From Intoshia linei (taxonomy: Eukaryota > Animalia > Orthonectida): a DNA stretch of 64,000 nt. The DNA lies in assembly GCA_001642005.1 (NCBI GenBank), contig LWCA01000015.1, positions 1-64,000 of the forward strand, written 5' to 3'. Both the position numbers and the translations under genes were made by a program. How positions within the stretch are numbered: the stretch's first letter is position 1; every line of letters begins with the position of its first letter. Positions 40,799 through 51,970 of the stretch are shown here, piece after piece. The notes beneath the pieces are model-generated. The model had not been told where the DNA came from. It saw only the letters and a program-made list of their open reading frames with translations, and made no database searches.

Positions 40799-42393
40799 TT
40801 ACAATATGGTACAAACTTTTGATTTTACAATTTTGGGAGTGGTTTTTAAATTGTTTTTGTATTCGTTATGTTTGATATTAAATTTACGCTCTATAGAAGA
40901 ATTTTTTAGTTTGGTATTAAATTGTAAATGGTGAATATATTGATTGAAAACACTTCTGTATATTCCGCAATATTTATTTTCCAATTCATCTGGTGAAGTT
41001 TTCATCAAGGTATAACTTATTCCGTATTTTGTGTTCATCTAATATTATTGACATTATCGAATATAATGTATTAAATTTTACCATTTCCTTAGTGTGTTTA
41101 TCCAACCGTTCATTAACTATATCTGGTATAATTCTTACTCCAATGTCAGTAAATTCAAATTTTACATTTTTTACTAGAAAGGATGTTGAATTTGGCGGAT
41201 TGAACTTTTTTCCAGTATAAAATTTGAATGATTTTAGCCAATCAGATTTCAAAAGTTCATTTGCTGGCAAACGTTCTTGTGTATCTTTGTTTAGCATGGA
41301 GAATAGTAAAATTTTAGCGTTAATGGACATTTTATGCATTTGTGGCATTTCATTTATTATTTTGTGTCTTATATTGGGAACAGTTTTAGCAACGAATCTA
41401 TGTATAATATACATTGTAAAATATAATATTAATAATAATTTTAATCTAAAAATACGGAAAGTTTCCAGAAATCATGTAATACAATAGAACGCCACAAGCC
41501 CATATGTCGACTTTTTCTGGGTAATAGCCTTTACTGGCAAAAAGCTCGGGTGCCGCGTATAATGGTGAACCGCAATACGTTTTTACTTTTTCATTGTCGC
41601 TGGAAATGCGAGAAAATCCAAAATCACAAAGTTTAATGTGGTTGTGGTGAGATACAAATAGGATATTTTCCGCTTTAATATCTCGGTGGTATATGTTATT
41701 AGCATGCTATTTAATATATTATATTATAGTTAAATTTAATAATTTGTAAAATAAATTACCAGGTATTTTACAGCACATAAAAGTTGGTAAAAAATATAAC
41801 TTGATACGCATTCATCCAATTTTTTATTGCATTTTATTTTTTTTGACAGAGAACCGTAATGCATGTATTCCATAATCATGTATATTTTATATTTGGTTTT
41901 AATGACTTGAAAAAGTGATATGATATGTACGTGTTTAACTATGCTTAATATTTTAATTTCTCGGTCTATAAATTTTTTTGTTTTGTTTGAGATATCTACA
42001 GTATTGATATTTTTTATGGCTACGTAATCTAAAATTTTGATAAATTAAATAGTTCTCGATAAACTTTAAGCACTACTCTGAGGATTAAAAAAATTTAAAC
42101 TATCTGGTGGCGCCACACCCACTTTGGCGAATAAATTTTAATAAATTAATTAATTAATTTGACAATAATAAACCTTTTGTGACTAAATGTCTAGCTAAAT
42201 AAACTGTGGCAAAATTTCCTGCATCCAGTACATTCAATATTTGATATAAACCAATATAATTTCCTTGTTTGTAATCAACGTCTCGACTTAATTCATTCAT
42301 TATTTTTTCTACAACATTTGCTTTTGTTTTATCACTCTGGTCGTGCGTCACTGGTATTATTTTTTTTGATTTCATTAAACGTTTTATATACAT
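40799..42393 (-). CDS. NIM1K: AMPK-related Ser/Thr kinase, NIM1-like, 5 exons
   Basis: IGLYQI..DAGNFATVYLARHLVTKDYVAIK, YHRDIKAEN, DFGFS, TYCGSPLYAAPELF, VDIWACGVLLYYM..PFVAKTV and C-terminal GIYRSV. The NIM1 assignment is by motif resemblance. Confidence 0.8.
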
Positions 42394-43314
42394 GTAATAT
42401 GTACAATATTTTCAATTGACTCCATTTTAATTTTCATTGTTTGCATGCATTTTTATATTTAGTGACCAACATGTTGTTTTATTTATAAACTCAAATAATC
42501 ACTACAACACTATGCTAAATCCACCTTGCAATTTAAGTATACACGTTTCATTATGTTACCATTTTATAATTAATAATGTAGTATTATTTTTCAATAAAAA
42601 AATTTAATTAGACCGTTCCTTCAGTTGCATTATTTATGTATTTATTATACTTCATATAGTTTTATATTCGATTCACTATTAATTTTATCGTGTTTATTTA
42701 ATTGTGTGTAGAGTATTTTTCCTACATTTAATTTAATTAAATTTAAATCGATTCAATTTTTTTATATTTAAGTTTATTAGTCATTCACATAAGATTCATT
42801 GATTTTTATCATTCAATGTTTTTACTTTATAATCTACTATTATGAGCGCAAGCCTACGAGAGCGACGAAAAGCATTCACGGTTTGAATGTATAAAAAATT
42901 TGAAACCGTCCGATATACATTCTATACCAAACGATATCTAAAACCTACAAATACCAAACGTCTATATTAGAGACATCTTCCTACCCGTCGTGAAAATGTA
43001 TTGTGTAAATTATTAATTGTTGCAGATTAAAAAATATTTAAAAACTATGTCAGAATTTATTTTTTTAAAAAAAAAAAGGTGATTCAGGCTTTTAAGCATG
43101 AATTTCTCAATTTTTGATATGTGAATTCCAATATCAAAAATGTATGATAATCCTGCCCTAACGATTGGTTTGGTTGTAAGTTTTTACATCGCTAGGGTTT
43201 GCTAAGCCATTGGAAATATTTGCTTATAATTTAATTTTATATAATTGGATGTTTTCGTTAGATTTGTTGAAAGTCATTAAAAAAACATTTAAATTTTATT
43301 TATAGTATTTCAAT

Positions 43315-45823
43315 TTAATCTTTACTATCATTTTTTTTTTTTATGTCTTCTAGGCAAATATTTTTAGTTTCGGGTAGTGTAAATACAACAACTGATAATA
43401 TTATGCTACATAACACAGCAAAAATGTATAGGATATTGTATTTGGATGTAATTTGGGTTAAATAAGGATATGAAAGAACAACAAATAAGCTTATCAACCG
43501 GTTGATCAATGTAACAATCGAACATAATTCGTCTTGAATATTTGAAATTAATAATTCTGATAGCATAATCTAAATTTGAAATGAGATTAAATGAATAATA
43601 TATAATATATCAACTATGTCAATATCAATAGAGTTTTTGCAATATTTTACAATTTTTGAAGCCATCTCCCTTAAGACTTCAAATTTAAATAATTAAACAT
43701 TCTATAAATTTGTACATTAAAGTATTCCATTTTTAATCTATATCACATTTTAAATTATAGAGTAGTGGTATCCAAACCGTGCACCGTAACGCTCTAGTGT
43801 GTCGAACCGATCCGGCTCGAGGCCACCGAAAAAGAAAAATAGATTTCAAAAAAATTTAAATTCAACACACAAAATATATTTAAGAATGCAAATTTTATAA
43901 TGTTCAAATTGGAAATTTTGTTAGGTCCGGTAGGTAGAGAGGTCTCAGAAATTTTGTAAAATTGTATTTTTTAAAAAAATATTCGAAAAAAGGAATTTTA
44001 TCCCTTACAGGTTGGTAAAATTGCATTAAGTATTTTCACGTAAGGTTTGATAAAATCGCAATTTTAAAAAAAATTGGAAAAAGTGTATTTCTCCCTTAAG
44101 GGACGGTAAACTTGGATTTTTTCTATGTTGGGTTGGATTAAGTGGTTTTTTCCTTAAATTTATAAAAAAATATTTAATAAAATAATAATAATATTATTAA
44201 AAAAATATTCGAAAAAAGCATTTTTACATTAAGGGTTGGTTTAATTAGATTTTTTTTTTATGGTTGGATTAAGAGATTTATTCTAGCCAGTTTAGTAAAA
44301 ACGGATTTTTTAAAAAAATATGCAGTGGATTTCTCCCTTAACCTTTTCACTGTCTTTGTATTCTATATTATACACAGCATAATTTTGAAAAGCTTTATTT
44401 TTTTATTTTCATACATTTTCTTAGGTAATTTAAAAATTTTACAAGTTTAAATTAAAACATAAATTCTAGACAATGAAAGGGTTAAGGGTTGGTAAATTAG
44501 GATTATATCTTTTGGAGTTGGATTTAGTGGTGTTTTCTCCTAAATATTATTAAAGTAATTCCTGAAATAATACATTACTTTAGCCGTGAACCCCTTTGAG
44601 AATCACTGCTCTAATGTACACTACAAAGAGTAGTATAATTTATACAAATTTAAAATTAGTTGAATTACCCATGGTATTTGATTAATTCCCATGCAAAAGC
44701 TAATTATATAAAAGGATACAAATAGTACTATAATCCATGTATGGCTGTCATTAAGTATGGAAAAAGATTTGAGATGAAAATAAAATCCCATAGACATTAG
44801 AGATAATATTACTAATACAGAACTGATCAAAATGAGAGGTCTTCTACCAAATCGGTCTATAAAAAAGGCACTGAATATGCTAGACAACATTTGAACGAAT
44901 CCAATAAAAATGAGAGGAAATTGAGTGTTGGTATACCCAGCCGTAATGAATATTTCTGATGAATAACTGATAAAAACGTTGATTAGAGAAAATTGCTGTA
45001 TGGCATGAATACATAAACACGCCATTATATTTTTTAATAAATATGGATTTTTAATGGTACGAAATTTTGACCAAAAGCCATCCGTCTTGTTTTGTACGGC
45101 TAAGGAATGTAGTATTTTATTTTGTTCTTCTATTGCAGTTTGTTTTGAATTCCTGAGCCACATGAGTACCTCCATTGATTTATCCACTTCATTGTGTCGA
45201 ATTAACCACCTTGGACTCTCCGGGATGTATAGAGTAAAAAGTATTGCAGGTACAAGCATTAATATCGCCAACATAGAAGTGTATTGCCAAGATATAAAGC
45301 TTCCAACCAAGTAAGTAGTAAGAATTCCGAAACTTATCCCCAATCCAATGCTATATCCAAAAGTTCCTCTAATTCTCTCATGAATACATTCGTTCATATA
45401 CACTGGTAAAATTAATAGAATCATAGATAAGGCACAACCAATCAAGAATCGAGATAAATACAGTACAATGTACGCCCATCTAATTGGAAAATATTCAGAT
45501 ATTATTGTCAAAAACCAACAATAAGTCATAAGCAATATTATTAATATTATAGTTGGTTTTCGTCCGTATTTGTTTGAAAATTTTCCTGCCAATGGACCCC
45601 CAAAAATACAACCAATAGTCAAAAATGACGTATACATTGGACTAGTTTTGTTATTTAACAGATCCATTTTGATCAAATTATTAAGAAAAGGAGACGTAAA
45701 TGCCACTCCAATGCCAACCACAACACTACAAATAAATGATGTCAACATTAAAATTAATTGAGATTTTATTTTTCCCTTGTCTGCTGATTCACTCTCTGTT
45801 GTAGTAGTTAGGGTATTGTTCAT
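43315..45823 (-). CDS. MFS sugar transporter (Tret1/GLUT8-like); intron ~43570-44667; may extend 5'
   Basis: FTSP, KYGRK, SRFLIG, PVYMNE..RIRG, PESPRWL, QQFSLIN, IDRFGRRPL, IPW|IMLSE and LPETKN. Confidence 0.92.
43763..44608. mobile_element. hAT-type MITE region with a long 29-33-bp repeat array inside the sugar-transporter intron
   Basis: Ends tagtggtatccaaac and tttgagaatcactg, with many AGGGTTGGTAAAA units between them. No matching TSD was seen. Confidence 0.6.
44342..44481. mobile_element. 140-bp piggyBac MITE
   Basis: TTAA-ccttttcactgtct at the left end and agacaatgaaaggg-TTAA at the right end. Confidence 0.85.
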
Positions 45824-46883
45824 AATATCTTCGAATATAATAGACCCACCACCTCTTTCTTCGTCGAGACTATAAAAAGTATTATTATCAACTCCATATG
45901 TGTCTAAATTCGAATCAAATCAATTTATAATGTTTCTAAAGAAAACCAAATAATGCACGCTTTTATGATTAAAAATGCAATTTCGCACTGTTAAAATTGA
46001 AAACGGTCATTATTTATATATACCTACACTCTCATATTTCTTTCTGTGCATTATATTTTATAAAATATAGAATGAGAATCAATATTTGCATTCACAATAA
46101 AGTAACGAAGTACAATTCAATTCTGAGCCTTGCCGAGTAAAACAAGCAGTGACGGATCTAGGATTTTCAACTAGGGAAATAATTATTAGGGGATAAATGC
46201 ATATAATGTATTATATTTATTAAATATTATATCTATAATATCTATTTCTATTTTTTTCTAGTTTACATTCTACTAAATTGTTAAATGTTGAACATTCTAC
46301 TTGTTGAGTTGTTCAACTGCATCAAAATCGACATTTTCGGCAAGTTTTCTATCGATTATGAACAACGTTAATCTTAACAACACCCACGCATTAAATTTTA
46401 TATAAACAAATCATATAATGCAGTGATTCTCAACGTGGTCCATGTGGACCACTATATATATGAGACTATAATTATAGTGATATACTTTATAAGGATAAAT
46501 TTACTTGTAAAAAATTTTTCTATTTTATAGTGATATAAGTTGAAGTTTCAAGAGTAATTTTCGGAGAAAAGATAATTTTATGGAAAGCTGTGATGGCGTT
46601 TTTAAAGTATAAATATCATTTAAAAAAAAAATCCTTGAACCATAATTATTTTACAAAATTTAAAAAATATAGACGTAAAGACAAAAATTTCTATCTTAGA
46701 GATAATTTTAGCGTAATTAAATCAACTGAGTAAAAATTTGGAAGGAAAAAATGTGACAGAATTATCCAAAATTAAAAGCTTTTCAGGATAAATTAGTGTT
46801 TTAAACTTTTTCTCTCATGTCTTTAAAAATTCCATAAAAATGGTTGTAACAAACTTACCAGGTTGTATATCCTTACTTATATA

Positions 46884-47437
46884 ACACTGCCCACCACCAA
46901 AAACATCCAAGGATGTTGAATACATCATCTTTTTTGTCTTAATGAACCGGTCAACGCTATAATAATATTATTTTTTAATCACGTCCAGATTTTTTTTTTA
47001 ATTGACGGTAAAGTCAAAAATAGGGGGTTTTCAAAACCATCTTAAACACAATTAGAAACGCCAAGTATGTATTTTATATAGCATCATACATATATAATGT
47101 ATTAATTAATGTTATAATATATTTTTTTCATATATTCCGCTACATTTTGTTCAATAGTATTCAATTCTGTTAATAATTTCGTAAGTTGTAACGCAAAGAT
47201 TTCTTCTTTCTAATCATATATAATAATCCATGTATGTACTTTATTTAACATTTCTATTGATTTTCAAATATGCCCATTTTAGGCACCTTTTCGAACTTTG
47301 GGCGTATTTTAAAAAAAATCTGGACGTGATGCAGAAACACTGATTATACCATCTTGTTCAGAATACAAATCTCTTTCAGGTGCACTAAATTTTATTCTTG
47401 CACCTCAAAAAAGTTGTTATTTTGTTGGGCAGTGTAA
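46884..47437. mobile_element. Tc1/mariner-like MITE with imperfect long inverted arms
   Basis: Ends acactgccca and tgggcagtgta. Internally, atcacgtccagattttttt (46978) pairs with aaaaaaatctggacgtgat (~47312-47330). Further partial copies lie at 47715-48040 and 58300-58612. Confidence 0.7.
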
Positions 47438-47713
47438 TCTTTGACATTTAAACTTTGGTCGGTATTTATTACACATTATACGTTTTTATCAATAAATTAT
47501 ATTTTTATATGCTTCCAATGTTAGCATTTTAAAATTGAAATATTTTGTTTCAGTTTTAAAAATCAGCATTGTCTCGTAAGTGTTAAAAAGCCTTTATTAC
47601 GTATTTTGTTGAAATGATATAATTTTGATGATTCCACCCTAAAGTTCGACATTAAATAATTTAAATTAAAATTAAATTTTACGTCAAATGATGCTGATTA
47701 TAATCAATCCGAT
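47124..47713 (+). repeat. 590-bp segment duplicated at 58300-58889; both copies abut single-N gaps
   Basis: Apparently identical by eye. N at 47714 and at 58299. Confidence 0.92.
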
Positions 47714-48045
47714 NATGTTATAATATATTTTTTTCATATATTCCGCTACATTTTGTTCAATAGTATTCAATTCTGTTAATAATTTCGTAAATTGTAACGC
47801 AAAGATTTTCCCTTTGCAATCATATATAATAATCCATATATGTATTTTATTTAACATTTCTATTGACCTTCAAATATGCCAATTTTAGGCACCTTTTCGA
47901 ACTTTAGGCGTATTTTAAAAAAAATCTGGACGTGATGCAGAAACACTGATTATACCATCTTGTTCAGAATAAAAATCTCTTCCAGGTGCACTAAATTTTA
48001 TTCTTGCACCTCAAAAAAGTTGTTATTTTGTTGCAATGTAATACT

Positions 48046-48800
48046 GTATGCTTTGTTTGTGTGTGTGTTATCGTTTATTTTAATAACTATCAGTCTTAGA
48101 ATTTTATAAAATCCCCATTTCCATTACAGTTTTTTCCGGGTATTAGTAAAAAAATTCTGAACCTCCCAAACTCACATCTTATGGGTCAAAAAGTCCAATT
48201 GTACTTTTTTTAAAAATCAAAAGAGTTCGAGAATTTAAAAAAATCTATACTTTCATATCGATTTTAAAATCATAAATTTAAATTTAAAAAAAATCTATCT
48301 TCAGGACCAAAACCACAAATTACCTTTTTTTTTAATGAAAACAGCTTTAGAATTTAAAAAAATTTACAGGTGGTACAGATGTAACCTGTTAACATATACA
48401 AACAATTTCAATCTGAATAAGTGACGCGGTCAAAAAAACATTTTAGTATTCATATATTTTTTTTCCTAAATATTTTATTAAAACCAAAAATGTGTAATAA
48501 TTAACTGTGCGAAAAGTATAAAAAAGAAAAGATTAGTCTGTTAGAGCTTATTCCAGCTGATATAAATAAAAAATTTGAAACCCAGAAATCTACGCATTCC
48601 CGGTTAAAAATAATTTTTAATATATTATTAACCAATATTTTTCAAATATTTGGATTAAAATAAAAATTCAAAATTTAAATATTGATCCTACAAATTCAAA
48701 AAAAAGTGTGCATTGAACGTCTACACATGTTCAATAAAGAAATATGGGTAAAAATCTATATTATTTATTCGTTAGGAATTTTTTTAATTGCTACGCAATT
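48046..48800 (+). mobile_element. Helitron-like repeat copy
   Basis: Shares head and body with 25402, 53714-54087, 58001 and 59540-59870. Confidence 0.6.
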
Positions 48801-49922
48801 TATAAAACTTAAATATCATTTTCAAAACATTTTGTTTAAAATTTAAATTAAAACTACAACAACGGATTACTAAAAGTAATACAACTTTGTTATTATCATT
48901 TTTATATTTATTAGGTAATCTACAAAAAAGGCACACATTTATAATTAGTAATTATATTTTATTAATTACGTACTTATGAAATACTTATTAATGATATCAT
49001 CAAAATATCACACTTGAGACTTGAGACTGTTAATGTTTATTTGTCAATTATAATTATAATAAATGTACATTTAAATTAAAATAGTATTTTTTAAAAATAA
49101 AATTTCACTTGTTAATTAACATTTAGATATGGATATATACTTCAGCTAATCGGCATTTGGTAAATGTTGGTTTATGGTGGTCCACAAAAAATTAAGAATA
49201 AAATATGGTCCACAGCGAAAAACTGGGATTTTTAAATATACGGTAACGCAGATTCACTTTTATAAAATAAATGATGTGCGACGTAGATTGTAAGAGTTCT
49301 CTGATTTTGTATTGTATTTTTTATAATTCTAGGATTGATTAATTTATTTTTAATATTAAAAAAAGTATAATTGAGGTTATTGACCTTGAAGGACTTAATT
49401 TCTGAAAATGAAATTTGCGATAAAACATCCCGCTCGATAAAACTGTACTAGAAAGATGGAACTTTTAAAACTCGACCCTCTTACTTTCTTAAATAAACTG
49501 AACAAACAAATAATTAAACAGACATACATTTTTAACTAAATTACTTTATGTAAGTAAGGATTTACCGTTATAAATTTTAAAAACAATTTACGGATAAAAA
49601 CATTTTTACCGGTAATTTACTGGTAAATTTTTGTCGATTGCTAACACTAGTTTCACTTTTATAAGATGAAAAAGTATTATTAGCCTATACATTTGTAAGT
49701 GTATATTTATTTGGTGAAGGGGTGCGTGAGAAAATATTGTAACTTTGTAGTTCGCCATTTATTTGAGGAAGCCCTTTTTAAATACACAAGTGCAATTTTT
49801 AAGTACACAATAGTTTCAACTTGAAATATGAAACTTTCAAGGAACATTCATTGAATGTAAATGTAAATATCGATGGAAACATATATTAAACTATTTGCTT
49901 TACACGGTAACTATTTAAATTG

Positions 49923-51917
49923 ATGAACGAAATAAATTCTGTGGTATCAAAAGATGGGTTTGACCCCACGGAATTCGTGACAAAGTTGGCTATATCTGGA
50001 GTGAGCAGTGTGCAAGGTTTTCTAGATTTACTAAAAGAAAATTCGGAAAAAAACAAGCTACATTTAAAAAAAAATATTTACCAAAACTTTGATTTGTTTA
50101 TAGACGGAGTAAAAGATGTATCTGAAATGGAATCAATTCTATATAATTTGAGTCATAAACTATACGATCAAAAGAAATTGTTGGATGACATATCTAGTCT
50201 ACTTTTTGAGAAAAAACCTTTAAAAAAAGAGACTATAAAAAAGGAGAGGTTACCATTAATCGTTGATCAAATCTGTAATTTACCAAAAAAGAGTATATTT
50301 GATTACAACAAAATTGAATCTGAAGCAGATTTTGTAGAATTGAAAAATATAAATTTTATTCCAATTCGTAAAATACACGCAATTTTATTGATCGATTGTA
50401 TTGTCATTTTAACGCGAAATACAACTTCCAAAAACAAAAAAATGTACTGCTTTGAAGAATGCCTAGAACTTCAATCCCTAACAGTTTTCAATGTCACAGA
50501 TTCAAATGTCACGAATAACACAATTAGAATTATTAAAAATGAAGACAATAAAATTTATCAATGTCCAAATTCAGATGTTAAATCCTTGTGGATAAACAAG
50601 ATTAATACTTTACGAAAAAATCTTTTGAAAAAGTCGAATGTGAACCTAAATTTTAATCATCCCAATTCTAATCAACCCGAAGAGCTAATTCAAAATGAAA
50701 AAAATGACGTCTATTTTAGTGACATTGACGGTAACAATTTCCAAACAATTGTTAACTTTTTACAAAATATTGATGTTATCATTGCTCACAAAAAATATAA
50801 AGAGGCTGTCGACATTGTACTCTCTGTAACTGATATCTTGCAGAAATCAAATAAAATTCCACTTATGGTTGAACATGAAAATAAAATTGAACTTGTAAAA
50901 AACCAAATTATCAAACAATTATCGGCTGAAGCATTTTTTAGCCCGGAAAGGTGGTCTAGAGCCGGCACCGAAAAAGATTCTATTCAGGCTATTATTTTGC
51001 TGTGCCGTCTCAAACGTTCTTCTCTTGCCGCATCTTTATTTTTACGCGCTCGTTCCACTCAAATTGATTACAATCTCAACATTATAAAAATTGAAATTAG
51101 TTTTAAAGTTCACGTTGAAAATCTCGTTAAAATGTTTTGCAGCAATATGGAGCTTTATTTTCATGATTATATGAATCTCTTCAAAAAAGACTATCCTTGT
51201 CTCGTCTCAGATTTCATTGTTTGGACTCAAGAACAGTTAATGTACTTTGTGTATAGATTCAGTAATTATGTCTTGACAATTAAATCGCCCTACCCTTTGG
51301 AAGTTATTGTTTCACTTGTTGTCAACTTGCGAAATCGAGTTGAGAATTTCCAAATCTTTGGATTAAACGTTATTCACATTTTCGATGAAATTATGGCACA
51401 ACCGTTATCAAATTTCATCAATTGTACAAACAGGGTTAACCTTGAGAAATTTAACGTTTTATCATCAAAAATTAAACGTAATTGTTTCAAATCCGAAAAA
51501 AATAAAATCAGATTCGAAAACATTCTCAACAAATTTGGCATCAAACTTAAAACAGATTATTTTTTAACACATAAGGATGTTTTCAGTACGTACCTTACAG
51601 AATACATTATATCCCTACTCAAAATTTATATTGACATGGTTAACCTTTCAATTAAAACTTATAATCTTTCTATTCATTCCCACCTCAAACATAATTTAAA
51701 TCTCATTTACAACCGGTTTGTGTCTTATTTAAGACGTTTATTCAGAGAATACGAGAAATCTAATCAGGAAGTCCAGAAAATTATCAAAATTAATTGCACC
51801 TTTTTCATTTCTCAACTTCAACCTGCTGTTAATCGTATTCTATTATACAATATTAATTATTCTTTGATTGACGAAACCAATTTGGATAATATTAAAGATT
51901 TCTTTGAAATTAAATAA
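49923..51917 (+). CDS. EXOC8: Exocyst complex component 8 (Exo84), intronless
   Basis: N-terminal FDPTEFV..LKKNIYQNFDLFI (Vps51-like), PH domain (IHAILLIDCIVI..KSLWINKI) and Exo84 C-terminal domain (IDVIIAHKKYKEAV, AASLFLRARS). Confidence 0.9.
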   Translation: MNEINSVVSKDGFDPTEFVTKLAISGVSSVQGFLDLLKENSEKNKLHLKKNIYQNFDLFIDGVKDVSEMESILYNLSHKLYDQKKLLDDISSLLFEKKPLKKETIKKERLPLIVDQICNLPKKSIFDYNKIESEADFVELKNINFIPIRKIHAILLIDCIVILTRNTTSKNKKMYCFEECLELQSLTVFNVTDSNVTNNTIRIIKNEDNKIYQCPNSDVKSLWINKINTLRKNLLKKSNVNLNFNHPNSNQPEELIQNEKNDVYFSDIDGNNFQTIVNFLQNIDVIIAHKKYKEAVDIVLSVTDILQKSNKIPLMVEHENKIELVKNQIIKQLSAEAFFSPERWSRAGTEKDSIQAIILLCRLKRSSLAASLFLRARSTQIDYNLNIIKIEISFKVHVENLVKMFCSNMELYFHDYMNLFKKDYPCLVSDFIVWTQEQLMYFVYRFSNYVLTIKSPYPLEVIVSLVVNLRNRVENFQIFGLNVIHIFDEIMAQPLSNFINCTNRVNLEKFNVLSSKIKRNCFKSEKNKIRFENILNKFGIKLKTDYFLTHKDVFSTYLTEYIISLLKIYIDMVNLSIKTYNLSIHSHLKHNLNLIYNRFVSYLRRLFREYEKSNQEVQKIIKINCTFFISQLQPAVNRILLYNINYSLIDETNLDNIKDFFEIK

Positions 51918-51970
51918 CAGCAAATATAATTTTATTTTAATTTTACATTATTTACAAATTTTCTCCAAAT

